Assembly (NCBI GenBank): GCA_030141605.1
Contig: JAQGDQ010000988.1
Span: 8,598 to 72,597 of the forward strand
Length of the DNA: 64,000 nt
Direction: 5' to 3'
Source of the DNA: Tubiluchus corallicola
Lineage: Eukaryota; Animalia; Priapulida
How positions within the stretch are numbered: position 1 is the stretch's first letter; each line of letters starts with the position of its first letter. The notes beneath the pieces are model-generated. The model did no database searches, was not told the origin of the DNA, and saw only the letters and a list, made by a program, of their open reading frames with translations. Shown here piece after piece: positions 40,114 through 54,300 of this stretch. The translations under genes and the position numbers were made by a program.

Positions 40114-41999
40114 AATTTCTCCAACAAATGCAGTTTCATAATATTTCATATCATCATCGAGTAGTTTTATATGCTTGTTTATCACAAATTCAGTTCTTAT
40201 TCTTCTAAACAAAATTTTACATTCAACTGTCCACATGCTTTCATATTTTTCTGCATTTCAGATACTTACACGGAACACCACCTGCACGTGCGAATGCACA
40301 AATCGGTACGGATACACGTTCACATTGAGAAGCTCCAGCTATTGTGTGGAGTCTAATAGATGTGACTGTAGTTTTGCAACATATAAGCAGCAGGCCTGCG
40401 ATCCATAGTTGCTATTAGTTCAGTATGAAAATCTTCTCATGTTTAGCCAGTTAAGTTGTAGTCCCAGTTAATGATTATTCATGATTTAAATTCTAATTAT
40501 CAATTTGAATGTCGCATGTGCACACAGAGAGATTGCGCCATTTTGTAACGAAAATTCTAGGGTATGCAGTTAGGCGAGTAATGGACGCCATTTTGTAAAA
40601 AGTTTGTAACAAGTTGTATCGCTTTGGCAAACACGTGTAACACACTTGCGGAATATATATCATATTTATATATATATATATATATATTACTTATGTACGA
40701 ATTATGTCGATTAAATTATGTACGAATGTCTGCAGTATGTACGAATAGATTAAATTTTACAAAGAACTATAGCAGTAGATGCTGGACAATCTTTATCTAT
40801 TTGTTGTCTGTGTAGAATATTAATAAGTGAAAATGACTAATCAACCACCTGATGTCACTTAAATCATTTATATGATTACTTAAAACTACGAGACTAACAA
40901 CAATAAAAACAAAGCCAGTGTTACTTAAAGGACAAGAAAAGGGGTACCGTACGTTATGCGTATATCGTACTCACGTTAAAAGGAATTTTTGTTTGTTTTC
41001 ATTTTAAATCTCCCGCAATACTGTTCCGACCGCACCATTACGTGACGTCACATACGCAAACATAAATCAAGGGAAGAAAAGGAAATGTTAAATTATGACC
41101 CAAAAAACTTTCCATGCAAAGTTTATGTTACTTAACATTTCGCTTATCTGCTTGAAAGACTTATGTAACTTGAAAAGAAAATCATTAATTATTTAAAATC
41201 TTTTCACCAATTGGTAAAATATCATTGACTCACCTCCAGGGTGCACCACCACTCACTAATAAAAAACGTAATTTGTTTAATTTTATTGACAAGATAAAAT
41301 AATTTAAAATTTTATTTGGTTAGTGACGTGTGCGCTACGAATGCTCTGATTATTTTTCCAAACTTTATGCAATGTTATCGAAACTTGTTTCAAATGACTT
41401 ATCGTCAGAGTGGCTGCGCCTAACATTTACAAGTTTTATACAACATTATTGAAGATGCAAGTCCTGTATGCAAAATGACAGAAGCACGACCATCCTGATG
41501 CAAAGAACTTAGCCACACTAAACTTTCCAACAAGTACAAGTGTTGCAGTTGTTTTATATTTTAATTATGTAAAGTGAAACGTTTCTAATTCATTAATTTG
41601 GAAGGAAGAGCCAAAACAGCCAATCAGAGACAAGAGTTTAGGAACAAAGTTATTACACAAAACATGCTATTAAGAAATGCAGGGTTGGCATACTAACATC
41701 CAAATGGAAAGTAGTATTTGTTGCAGAAGGTAGAGGATAATGCGTGACTGCTCGACCAAACTGCCCTCGCCACAATAACAAACCTGGAATTTACTAGCAC
41801 CTCAAATCACTAACAATTTCATCACCACTAATCAATCGTGCGCATTCTACAAGTATACTACTGTGTTCAAGACTTCAAGCTTGTATGTCGCCTGTACGTC
41901 GAATTTTACACCAATTTACAAATACAACAATTAAAAAATTAGCAACTTATACCTGTCTGCCATACTCATGAACCAGGCAAGCTCGTAGTGATTGCTACA

Positions 42000-42060
42000 G
42001 CTGCATGTCACGCATGCGTAGAAATGCCCCGCCGCCACCTAGCGAGTTGCGGGAAAATTG
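42000..42060. promoter_or_regulatory. Candidate Wntless promoter-proximal element with a CTCF-like motif
   Basis: GC-rich patch ~320 nt upstream of the ATG containing CCGCCGCCACCTAGCGAG (CTCF-consensus-like) and CGCATGCG. Confidence 0.35.
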
Positions 42061-42354
42061 TTGTAGATTTTTTCTGGGCAGTGTGTATTCGTTGTTTGGT
42101 GTTTTGAAACTTTCTATCACATTTTGTGTTTTCTTTTTGAGTTTGTCTTATTGTTCACGTGAAAGCGCAATTAGTTTCTCGCTAGTTTTCTTTGTGGCAG
42201 CTCTTTTAAACGACTGTATTCGCCTCAGGTGTGTTTAAAATGTACTAAATCTAGTCTTTAAGATTACCCACTAACTTGACTAAGTCACTGAGGGTGGCCC
42301 GACAAAACCGACGCTTTCATCCTGCTGATTGTGCGCTGAAAAGACTGATCAAAA

Positions 42355-45300
42355 ATGGCTGGAACAATTTTGGAAAATCTTAGTAACAGAAAACTGTTAT
42401 ATTTGACTGGAATTCTAGTCAGCTTGCAGATCGCTTATTTTCTCGTTGGTGGATTGATAGGTAAGGCTTTGTTTGTCTTTGCTATTTAATGCAATTGAAG
42501 AGATTCATTTTATTATATTAAGCAACTGTGCAATCTAGACCTGTAGTATGTTCTGCCCAGTGGTGGTTCCTAGCTGAAATTAGTGGGGGTACTGCTTCAA
42601 CAAATTTTTAGCCATTGTTTTAATACTGTCTAAAATGAAATAAACATAATTATGTAATTTTAATGTCATAATTTGTAGTAATTTTAAACACACAAACATA
42701 TTAAAGTTTATACATAAACTTGATAAAATCCTAAATTACGATAGTCTAAATCAGGGGTGTGCAAATTATCTGACTAGCCGGGCCACATTAAACTTTCTCG
42801 CAATTCCTGCGGGCCACAGGCAGTGTGATCAAGGAGCCAAGTATAGAAAGGCCTAATAACGGTTTTTTGCATCCGACCTGCGTACATCATTACTACTGCA
42901 TTACTACACTCAAGAAACTATTTTAGAAGTTATTAAAATTTATATTACAAACCATATATTTCTACTTTCGGGACACATAGTGGTAATTTCATTACAATGC
43001 ATATTAGTAATGTGTATCACACAGTCTGTGTAGTACAGTGACATTAAGCTACAACCGTCTTGTAAGGGTTAATGGCATCCGATCTAGTAGAAAAAACTAC
43101 CTGCACTATCTTTGGGATCGTGGCACGGACTTCAGCTGGATACACTCAATTAATCGCCCGGGCCGCACTTTCATTAGGTTGACAAATCTCTTCGCGGGCC
43201 GCACAAATTCTCTCGGCGGGTCGCAAGTGGCCCGCGGGCCGCAATTTGCACACCCCTGGTCTAAATTGTCGCAGTTTGGCTCATTTTTTTGCTGATTGAA
43301 ATAAAATGCACCACGTGAATGCACCTCAATTGCTTAGTGAAAATCCATAGGGACCTGTATTGTGATAGAGTGCTGTTCACTTTTTGATGACATCAGGCGG
43401 TATTACTTGGCTCTGGTTGAAATTTCAATTATTTGTTATTACTGTGATCGAAGGGAGAAATTGACAAATTTAAAATCTGTGATTGAGGTGGACATGAATG
43501 CAATCTGAGTTTAAAGGAAAAGTCAACCTTCTGGGAAGTTTAGTAATAAAAGTTTAATAAGCGCTTCGTGTAACTAGTAAAATCACATTAAAGTCAGGAT
43601 CATTTCGCGCTTTGGCGCTCGCATTTTGATGCCATTCGTTCGCCAGTAATGTCATCGTTCAACGGCTGAAGAAATGAAGCGCACTGATAACTTCCGTCAG
43701 AAGTATAAATTTTTACCAAAAATGAGATCACAAATTTTATGATATCTTTGCGTGAACATTAGGTGAGCTGCTGAATTTTCAGTTCAAGCAACGCACGCTT
43801 ATGGAAAGCCACGAAGTCTTCCACTTACGACACAATTTTCAAGTGAACAATGTCTACCACTGCTCCTGAAAATACAGCAGCTGTGTAAATTAACTTTAAG
43901 CTTTATAGATGGTTTTTTGCAAACGCTGTGTTATACGTTTTTCTAAGCTTTAGTGCTACCAGCAAAATAAACCCAACATGCTAAATGACTTGTCCTTTCC
44001 TTTAGCACACCACAACAGTTTAAGTGATAATAGTAAATATAAACCCAACATGCTAAATGACTTGTCCTTTCCTTTAAAGGAATATGAAATTTTAAACCAA
44101 TCTTAAGCTGTAGATCAAAACAATCTACTCTTTAAAATGTTGAAAGGGAACATACTATTTTTTCAAAAATGACTTACGTGAAATAATTATTACCACACAA
44201 ACACAATTTCACGTTTGCACCACTAGTTCTTCTCAGTTACATGCATTTTGCCACTCGCTAGTTAGACGGGCACCAGCGCCTGCATTTCGGAAGTGTATTG
44301 CACAAAAAACAGGTACTGTACGTCTCATTTCAGATGTGTTAGTTTTAGAGGAACTGCACACGTTCGACAACTCGTGCGTGAGCGCAGCGGTAAATTCGGA
44401 ATTTGAATTTTTTTTCTTAAAACTTGCCTAGTTTTAGTACAACACACTGAATATTTTACAGTAGCACTGTACCTCAATTTTCTCTTTCTCAAATACGTGC
44501 AACACGCTCGTGGAATATTTTTGCTGTTAAACTTATATTAGTTTGGAATGCCATTAATAGTTGGGTTTGCCGGAAGTAATTCTTCCACTTAAGTCATTTT
44601 TGAAAAAATATCGTGTTTCCTTTCAACATTTTAAAGAGCTGATAATTTTACCTACAGTTTCAGATTGGCATTACAATCAGTGCTGGAGTAACATTTGATT
44701 CTCAGAAACGCTTTTGCAGTACATTAATTGTGTTAAAATGTATACGTTTTATCTGGAGTTAAAAACGGGTTAGTACATAAAAAATCATCCTGCCTTCCTT
44801 TGAGTGCATTTAACTCGCTGGCTGTAGGTGCTTCAGACTTTTGAATAATATTTTGCTTTGAGTTAACAATCAAAGTGAGATTCTAACTATTATCAAACAC
44901 TATGAATCATTTTATGTGACAATAAGTGTCTTGATTATAGAAAATACATGTAATTTTATGGAAGATACATAATACATAACGAATACATAAAAAATTCTTT
45001 ATCTATAAATAACTTCAAAAGAAATCTTAAAAATGAAATCTTTTCTAATTATACAGAATAAATCAATTTGATTAATTACACTGCTGTCCCTGTCATAATC
45101 CATTGTGTTGCCGGCTATGTCAATTTTTACATTTCTATAGTTCACGTTACTTCATACAGATACTATCACATCTTTCTCCTTCTTTCTATTCTCTATTAAC
45201 CTTTCTTTCTACTCCTTTACTGCTCTTTTCTATTACACTCAGTGCACATTCATTTGGGGTACTCTAAACAAGTAATTACTTCTCGAGTACCCCACGGGTC

Positions 45301-48300
45301 ATTTGCAGCTTGGCATCTTGTGTACATAAATATATTATTAAATACTTTTACGTACAATGCTGTAACGATCGCTGTGGATATATTTAATAAATAAATAAAT
45401 GTGGCACACTGATGCAAGATGCTGGAATTTACTAGCACCTCAAATCACTAACAATTTCATCACCACTAATCAATCGTGCGCATTCTACAAGTATACTACT
45501 GTGTTCAAGACTTCAAGCTTGTATGTCGCCTGTACGTCGAATTTTACACCAATTTACAAATACAACAATTAAAAAATTAGCAACTTATACCTGTCTGCCA
45601 TACTCATGAACCAGGCAAGCTCGTAGTGATTGCTACAGCTGCATGTCACGCATGCGTAGAAATGCCCCGCCGCCACCTAGCGAGTTGCGGGAAAATTGTT
45701 GTAGATTTTTTCTTCATACAGATACTATCACATCTTTCTCCTTCTTTCTATTCTCTATTAACCTTTCTTTCTACTCCTTTACTGCTCTTTTCTATTACAC
45801 TCAGTGCACATTCATTTGGGGTACTCTAAACAAGTAATTACTTCTCGAGTACCCCACGGGTCATTTGCAGCTTGGCATCTTGTGTACATAAATATATTAT
45901 TAAATACTTTTACGTACAATGCTGTAACGATCGCTGTGGATATATTTAATAAATAAATAAATGTGGCACACTGATGCAAGATGCACTCAAAACGTCTCCC
46001 CCCGTTGGTTTTGGAACCCCACACAGTTTATTCGTAGTATCTGTTTTTTGCTGGTTCTCATAGTCTCACCTTGGAACATCGATAAAGGCAGAGCAGCTCT
46101 CTGTTTTTTTCTCGTGGCTTCTTATCTGTGGAATTCTCTGCCAGACAGTTTTCTTCATGAACTCTACAACCTCTCTCTATTACTATACTTCTGTAATGTA
46201 AATCATTTTATAAATTTTCCAAGAAACGAAAATATGAAACATTGGAGCAAAATAAGCAGCCATATTTTTGAAAATGATTTGAATCGGAATTGATAGAAGT
46301 CTTAAGGTCGTCTTATCAGTATTTTGAAATCGATTCAATTCAATTCAATTTCAATTTATTTATCTCTTTATAATGCTACAATAAAACATGATTAATAAAA
46401 GAATCGCTAATAAGTTTTGAAGAATGGTTAAAATGTATAGATAGATCTAGAACTAGAGAAAGGATAGCGAAAAAACAATTCAACTCAATTCTAATTTATT
46501 TATCTCTTTATAATACTACAATAAAACTTGATTAATAAAAGGATCGCTAATAAGTTTTTAAGAATGGTTAAAATGTATAGATAGATCTAGAACTAGAGAA
46601 AGGATAGCAAAAGACAGTCACCTAGTCTGCTATATAGGCTTGAAAATGAGATTATAAATCATTAACTTGATTATTATTTTTCGTGTAAAATTTGTGGATT
46701 TAGTATCTCTTCTACTTTCTCATTGTTGGAGGTTGAAATAAATATGTCTTTTGCTGTGAAATGGCCATTTTCTGTTTTACAGGTTTTACATGTCATATGT
46801 AGACCTGCTTTAACTCAAATGTAGATTTAGGTAATTCAAATGTGTCTTGGTAACTCAAATGTAGACTTAGGTAGTTCAAATGTGTTAACAATGGTTTTCA
46901 AGAAATCTTAAGTGTTTTTGGTAAGTCAAATGTAGACACATGTCAAGTCAAATGTGACATTGGTATCTCAAATGTGGATAGGTGGTAAAGTTTAAGGAAG
47001 TAAAATTTAATCTCCTTTAATCTTAATTTAATAATTGCTGTGAAAATAATAACTTTATAGGTCTACTAATAGTTCACTAATATTCTGTAAACTTTACATA
47101 CCATTGGAACTGTTAGAGAAAACAATACATTTTTAAAATAAACAATGTTTCTTGAGAGAAACTAATTCATTAATGCAGTGCTAAATGCATTACTTAAAAA
47201 ACTAATTAGTGATTCACTGTTCCTTGGGAAGAGATAAACAACACATTTTTCAAAGTTATGAAAGAGGTGATGACTATCTTTGGTTGATTTATTTTTTTTT
47301 GTAATTTGCACTGAAATGAGTTAATTACCTGTTTATTCAAAGTAATGCATCTGCATTTGACTTACCTAAGTCACATTTGAAGTTTCCTGTGTCTACATTT
47401 GACGTGTAAAACCTATATAAAGACATGCAAGTCCTGTGGGAAATTGTAATTGTATTTGCCGCTTGCTGTTAAATGAAGTAGACGTGGTTATTGTGTAAGT
47501 AATCTATACTGAAAAGCTTTTCAATTGGCTCAATCAGCACGTTGGCAGTAATCCGCCATTGATAGAAATCCACAGTTGTTCCTTTTGCTGCTCCATACCA
47601 GAGAACGTGATTGGTTGCTGCTGTAGAATCATGTCGAAGTCGTGAACGTTTATAAACGCGTTTAAAAAACCGTTTTTTATGTTTTAATAATTACGTCAAA
47701 ACAGTTGTTTACACACTCACCTTACTTAAATGAAAAAATGATTATAGTTATGCGTGCTTCTGTAGATAACTTAATGTAAATAAGGATGAAGTAAATGAAG
47801 TAATAATTTGAGTAGTGTGAGGTGAGTGTACGACCATACGGTCATTAACACACTCACCTGACTTAAATGAAAAAATGATTATAGTTATGCGTGCTTCTGT
47901 AGATAACTTAATGTAAATAAGGATGAAGTAAATGATGTAATAATAGCAATGCTATAAGAGCAATAAACCTGAAAATTTCCATTTGCGTTTGTTGTCAAAC
48001 ATTTTTCAAATTTTATGTTTATGTTATGAACTGTTGGTAATCAATTTATGAAAAAACGCGTGTGGTAAGAACTTTCATAGTTTCTGTGAATAAAAACATA
48101 AACACATAAACATTTTGACTCTCAAAACACTGTGGGGTTGAAAGATAAACAAGAGAATGATCGCTGTTGTATGTTGCTTAGTAAATTCGTACACAATTTA
48201 CTTTGAGCACATAACTAGTTTAGATTTGGTTATCTACATTAACTAGGAACATCCTAGTACCAGTTCTAATACGTTTTTTGGTGATATATGTAACTGAAGT

Positions 48301-51300
48301 CTTGAAGTTCAATATTTTACATTGCGAGATCCTTCCTGCCCACGACGACACTCAGATTCACGGATTGTGTTCAAACGTACCGACGATGTTGCTGTACATT
48401 TGCCTGTTAAGTTTACAGCTTAATGAGCCGCATGTATTGCACACATGTGCATCCGACGCACCAGACACCTGCAATCCATAAAATCCGTATTCACGAGAAA
48501 CTCCCACACCACGTGTGGGAAAAAGAATTGTTGACAAAATAATATTTTGTATGCACTGCTCACCATACCATGCAATAAATATAATAGACAAACAATAACG
48601 TGTAATGCAATATAATAGACAAACAGTAGCATGCAATGCAATATAATAGACAAACAATACAATGCAATGCAATATAATAGACAAACAATAGCATGCAATA
48701 TAATAGACAAACAATAGCATGCAATACAATATAATAGACAAACAATAGCATGCAATACAATATAATAGACAAACAATAGCATGCAATACAATATAATAGA
48801 CAAACAATAGCATGCAATACAATATAATAGACAAACAATAGCATGCAATACAATATAATAGACAAACAATAGCGTGCAATACAATATAATAGACAAACAA
48901 TAGCATGCAATACAATATAATAGACAAACAATACAATGCAATACAATAGACAAACAATAGCATGCAATACAATATAATAGACAAACAATAGCATGCAATA
49001 CAATATAATAGACAAACAATACAATGCAATACAATAGACAAACAATAGCATGCAATACAATATAATAGACAAACAATAGCATGCAATGCAATATAATAGA
49101 CAAACAATAGCATGCAATGCAATATAATAGACAAACAATAGCATGCAATACAATAGACAAACAATAGCATGCAATACAATATAATAGACAAACAATAGCA
49201 TGCAATGCAATATAATAGACAAACAATAGCATGCAATACAATATAATAGACAAACAATAGCATGCAATACAATATAATAGACAAACAATAGCATGCAATA
49301 CAATATAATAGACAAACAATAGCATGCAATACAATAGACAAACAATAGCATGCAATACAATATAATAGACAAACAATAGCATGCAATGCAATATAATAGA
49401 CAAACAATAGCATGCAATACAATATAATAGACAAACAATAGCATGCAATACAATATAATAGACAAACAATAGCATGCAATACAATATAATAGACAAACAG
49501 TAGCATGCAATACAATATAATAGACAAACAATAGCATGCAATACAATATAATAGACAAACAATAGCATGCAATACAATATAATAGACAAACAATAGCATG
49601 CAATACAATATAATAGACAAACAATACAATGCAATACAATAGACAAACAATACCATGTAATACAATATAATGCTGTAATCTGTATTTTTCATTCAGGCGT
49701 CCATTACACGTTCTTTTGTGTTAAACATTGTTTCATCCTGTTAGCATTGTTTCATCCTGTTAACATTGTTTCATCCTGTTAGCATTGTTTCATCCTGTTA
49801 GCATTGTTTTATCCTGTTTGATCACACTGCGTGTGAAGTGATAAAGCCGGCTTAATTCGTCCTCATTTTCCGGCATTTTTACGTTCTTACTTGAACGTGT
49901 TCACACCTTGTGTGTGTGTGGCATCTGTTCAGCTGCAGGGCAGACAGACATACATACAAACGCGTAAAGGATACAGTAGCTCTTCATAAAATAAGCATTA
50001 CCCTTCATTGTGCTGGTCGACATGCCGTCATTTATTGTAGGACTATTAGTTCTGTCGTATAATCTTTATTGTACAAGTTGTACACATTTAGAGGTATGAT
50101 AAAACACTTGAAGATATTATACGTATTGACAAGTCATAGACTGTTGTAGGCAATAGTGTTAAACTAGAAAAACAAGTTTTACAAAAGTTAGTTTGAAAAA
50201 AAGTGAATAAAAGAGGTAAAATATACATATTTACATAGCGTGAAATTAAAATTGAATTTCAGAATATAACCTCAACGACGCATGCGCACGAAACATTTGA
50301 AAATGACGTTAACATATGTATTGCTACAGCGAGCCTTTTTCATTTCAATTATTTTATGGAATTTACATCAGACTGCTGGTTATATATATAGACATAATTA
50401 TTATTTTGTCATTTTTGTAAAGGGGCCTCATAATTTCTGAGTAGTGTGCTCTTAAAGAAAGACCGGACGATTGTTTAGACTCAATCTCATTTTAATTTAC
50501 TGTCCAAAATATACATTTTGTTGTCAATAAAAGTTAACAATTGTTCCTTATATTTGAATAATTAGCTTAGAAAGTTAATTAACAGCAACCGAGCACAGCT
50601 ATTGCTTGCGTCACAAACTAACCTTTTACTTGTTTGAGAAAGGAAATACCTTGTCCCATTTTTTGTACGATGCTATTTTAACTTGATTGTTCCGTTTTAA
50701 TTTGTTACTACTTTCCATACCTAAGATTTGGGTGACTGCAGATTGACACGTTGTTTGATTAAGCACATTAAGTGTTAAGCTTTTTAGCCAGTTTTACATG
50801 CTTCATTTGGGCTTAATATTAGGAATACCGTTTTTCAGGGTTCATTTTTAAGTGATGAAATTTCCAGAATAGATTTGATTTCTTGGGTCTGATTTTGCTT
50901 TTAAGGAAAGGGCAATTCATTTAGCATGCTTGCCTTATTTTATTGTTGTTGGCATCCTTCTGTCTCGGAAGACAATGGAATGTGCGCCAAGAGAGTCAGT
51001 TATTGATCACATTGATGGAGCGTCGACTGTGGCTGAGCAGTCCGATCCTTGAACCACTGGAGTGGCCTCTCCAGGGCGCACACCTGGGCAAGGTGTATGA
51101 GATCCTGAGTTGTCCAGACAACAGGAACCCCCTCTCTTCCTCCCTGGTGTAGTCCAAAGGAAAGCTTAGCAATACGTTTGGCACCAGGTTGGCTGCAGGA
51201 GCTGACGGAGTCAGTGAGCATGCTGCACTGGTCCGCCTTCGGGGCTCCACTCCTGATTTGGAAGGTTTACTCCTCTACACATGGCCGTTGGGTCATTTGA

Positions 51301-54300
51301 CCTCCTCCGCCCTCTAACCATTGGCTGCTTGTGCAGCTCCTCCACCTAGTGTCGAGATACAGTGTGGGCATCTCGCAGGCCTACAGCACCTGGTATTCGT
51401 AGGCGGTCACCCATCCAAGTACTAACCAGTCTCTACGTTTCTTAACGTCGGCATTTTCAATGTGATATGGCCGTTTATTAATATCACTTAAAGAACAAGA
51501 AAACCCACCACTTACATAAAGCTTAAAAAGTTCGCCTTGAAATTTTATACCACTTACTAACTGCTTTTTGCGTGAAGGGCTTGCGTCGGCAGTAATGCAG
51601 TATAAAACTTGTAAATTTAAACTTCCGCGATGACTGTTAGGCGCAGCCATTTTGATGATAGGTCATTTGAAGCAAGTTTAGATAACATTTAGGTAAGTGG
51701 CCAGAATCACTTCGGCAAGTGAATGTCACCCATTCATTCAGCGTCTAACTTTCGCATTGCTTAACTCTTGTCATCAGACAATTGTCACACACACACTATG
51801 ACTGCTTGATCATTCCCCTCCTATATTAAGTTACAATGCGCCAGTGTGCACTCAAGTGCATGGAATGAGATTGACGCCTTAAATAGTATCGTGCTTTAAT
51901 TCGTGAAAAGGCAGGTGCCAAATTAAACAGCATTGGGTCTGGAAAGTATGTGGATGAGTGAAAGAAGACGATTATTTTGTCATTTTTGTAAAGGGGCCTC
52001 ATAATTTCTGAGTAGTGTGCTCTTAAAGAAAGACCGGACGATTGTTTAGACTCAATCTCATTTTAATTTACTGTCCAAAATATAGATTTTGTTGTCAATA
52101 AAAGTTAACGATTGTTCCTTATATTTGAATAATTAGCTTAGAAAGTTAATTAACAGCAACCGAGCACAGCTATTGCTTGCGTCACAAACTAACCTTTTAC
52201 TTGTTTGAGAAAGGAAATACCTTGTCCCATTTTTTGTACGATGCTATTTTAACTTGATTGTTCCGTTTTAATTTGTTACTACTTTCCATACCTAAGATTT
52301 GGGTGACTGCAGATTGACACGTTGTTTGATTAAGCACATTAAGTGTTAAGCTTTTAAGCCAGTTTTACATGCTTCATTTGGGCTTAATATTAGGAATACC
52401 GTTTTTCAGGGTTCATTTTTAAGTGATGAAATTTCCAGAATAGATTTGATTTCTTGGGTCTGATTTTGCTTTTAAGGAAAGGGCAATTCATTTAGCATGC
52501 TTGCCTTATTTTATTGTTGTTGGCATCCTTCTGTCTCGGAAGACAATGGAATGTGCGCCAAGAGAGTCAGTTATTGATCACATTGATGGAGCGTCGACTG
52601 TGGCTGAGCAGTCCGATCCTTGAACCACTGGAGTGGCCTCTCCAGGGCGCACACCTGGGCAAGGTGTATGAGATCCTGAGTTGTCCAGACAACAGGAACC
52701 CCCTCTCTTCCTCCCTGGTGTAGTCCAAAGGAAAGCTTAGCGATACGTTTGGCACCAGGTTGGCTGCAGGAGCTGCCGGAGTCAGTGAGCATGCTGCACT
52801 GGTCCGCCTTCGGGGCTCCACTCCTGATTTGGAAGGTTTACTCCTCTACACATGGCCGTCGGGTCACTTGACCTCCTCCGCCCTCTAGCCGTTGGCTGCT
52901 TGTGCAGCTCCTCCGCCTAGTGTCGAGATACAGTGTGGGCATCCCGCAAGCCTACAGCACCTGGCATTCCTAGGCGGTCACCCATCCAAGTACTTACCAG
53001 TCTCTACGTTGCTTAACTTCGGGGATCAGACGAGAACCGGCATTTTCAACGTGATATGGCCGTTTATTAATATCACTTAAAGAACAAGAAAACCCACCAC
53101 TTACAAAAAGTTTAAAAAATTCGCCTTGAAATTTTATACCACTTACTAACTGCTTTTTGCGTGAAGGGCTTGCGTCGGCAGTAATGCAGTATAAAACTTG
53201 TAAATTTAAACTTCCGCGATGACTGTTAGGCGCAGCCATTTTGTTGATAGGTCATTTGAAGCAAGTTTAGATAACATTTAGGTAAGTGGCCAGAATCACT
53301 TCGGCAAGTGAATGTCACCCATTCATTCAGCGTCTAACTTTCGCATTGCTTAACTCTTGTCATCAGACAATTGTCACACACACACTATGACTGCTTGATC
53401 ATTCCCCTCCTATATTAAGTTACAATGCGCCAGTGTGCACTCAAGTGCATGGAATGAGATTGACGCCTTAAATAGTATCGTGCTTTAATTCGTGAAAAGG
53501 CAGGTGCCAAATTAAACAGCATTGGGTCTGGAAAGTATGTGGATGAGTGAAAGAAGACGATTAAAGGCCATATAATGTGAAGATAAGGTTCTTATAAGAA
53601 TATTACACAGCAATTACTAGGTAATGTGTGATACCATGCTGTGTTATACGTAACTTACAGGGTGGCCCAAAAAGTTTCTCCTTATGTCCATGTCGTTAAG
53701 GCCTTAAGGCTGTCTTAATGATTACGTTTTCCCAAAAAAAACAGGTTATTCTGACTTGTTTAAAAGCCCAATTAAAGTTTTTTTTCATATTAACTTTTCT
53801 TAATCAGTTACTAGCATTTTGTACTACATGATTCTGTTTCTTCTTTTTTCAGCTCCGAGACCAAACAATGTGCAATCACTGCTCTCCACAGCTTGCGTGG
53901 ATAGAGGCGGATACCGCAACTCTAGTGGAAAACTGTTTTATCCCAGAGGACAGGTGAGATCCGTTTGTAAAGGTTACATCCCATGTATGCTGATGACACG
54001 TGACTATTATTTTGCTCCATTTCATCAAGAAGACATTGACAAGAACTTGAGTTGATCAAGAAGACATTGACAAGAACTCGAGTTGATCAAGAAGACGATT
54101 GACAAGAACTCGAGTTGATCAAGAAGACGATTGATAAGAACTTGAGTTGATCAAGAAGATGATTGACAAGAACTCGAGTTGATCAAGAAGACATTGACTA
54201 GAACTCAAGTTGATCAAGAAGACATTGTCAAGAACTCGAGTTGATCAAGAAGACATTGACAAAACTCGAGTTGATCAAGAAGACATTGACAAAACTCGAG

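Larger units (their letters stand above)
50399..53561. repeat. ~1.57-kb near-identical direct tandem duplication (50399-51970 / 51971-53561)
   Basis: Identical ORFs offset by 1571 nt (50943 vs 52514); both copies end at GAAAGAAGACGATT. Confidence 0.95.

Noticed and set aside
48358-49692. Three long hydrophobic Cys/Tyr-rich ORFs (359-444 aa)
   Set aside because: Open in all three frames because the 31-bp satellite lacks stops on that strand.
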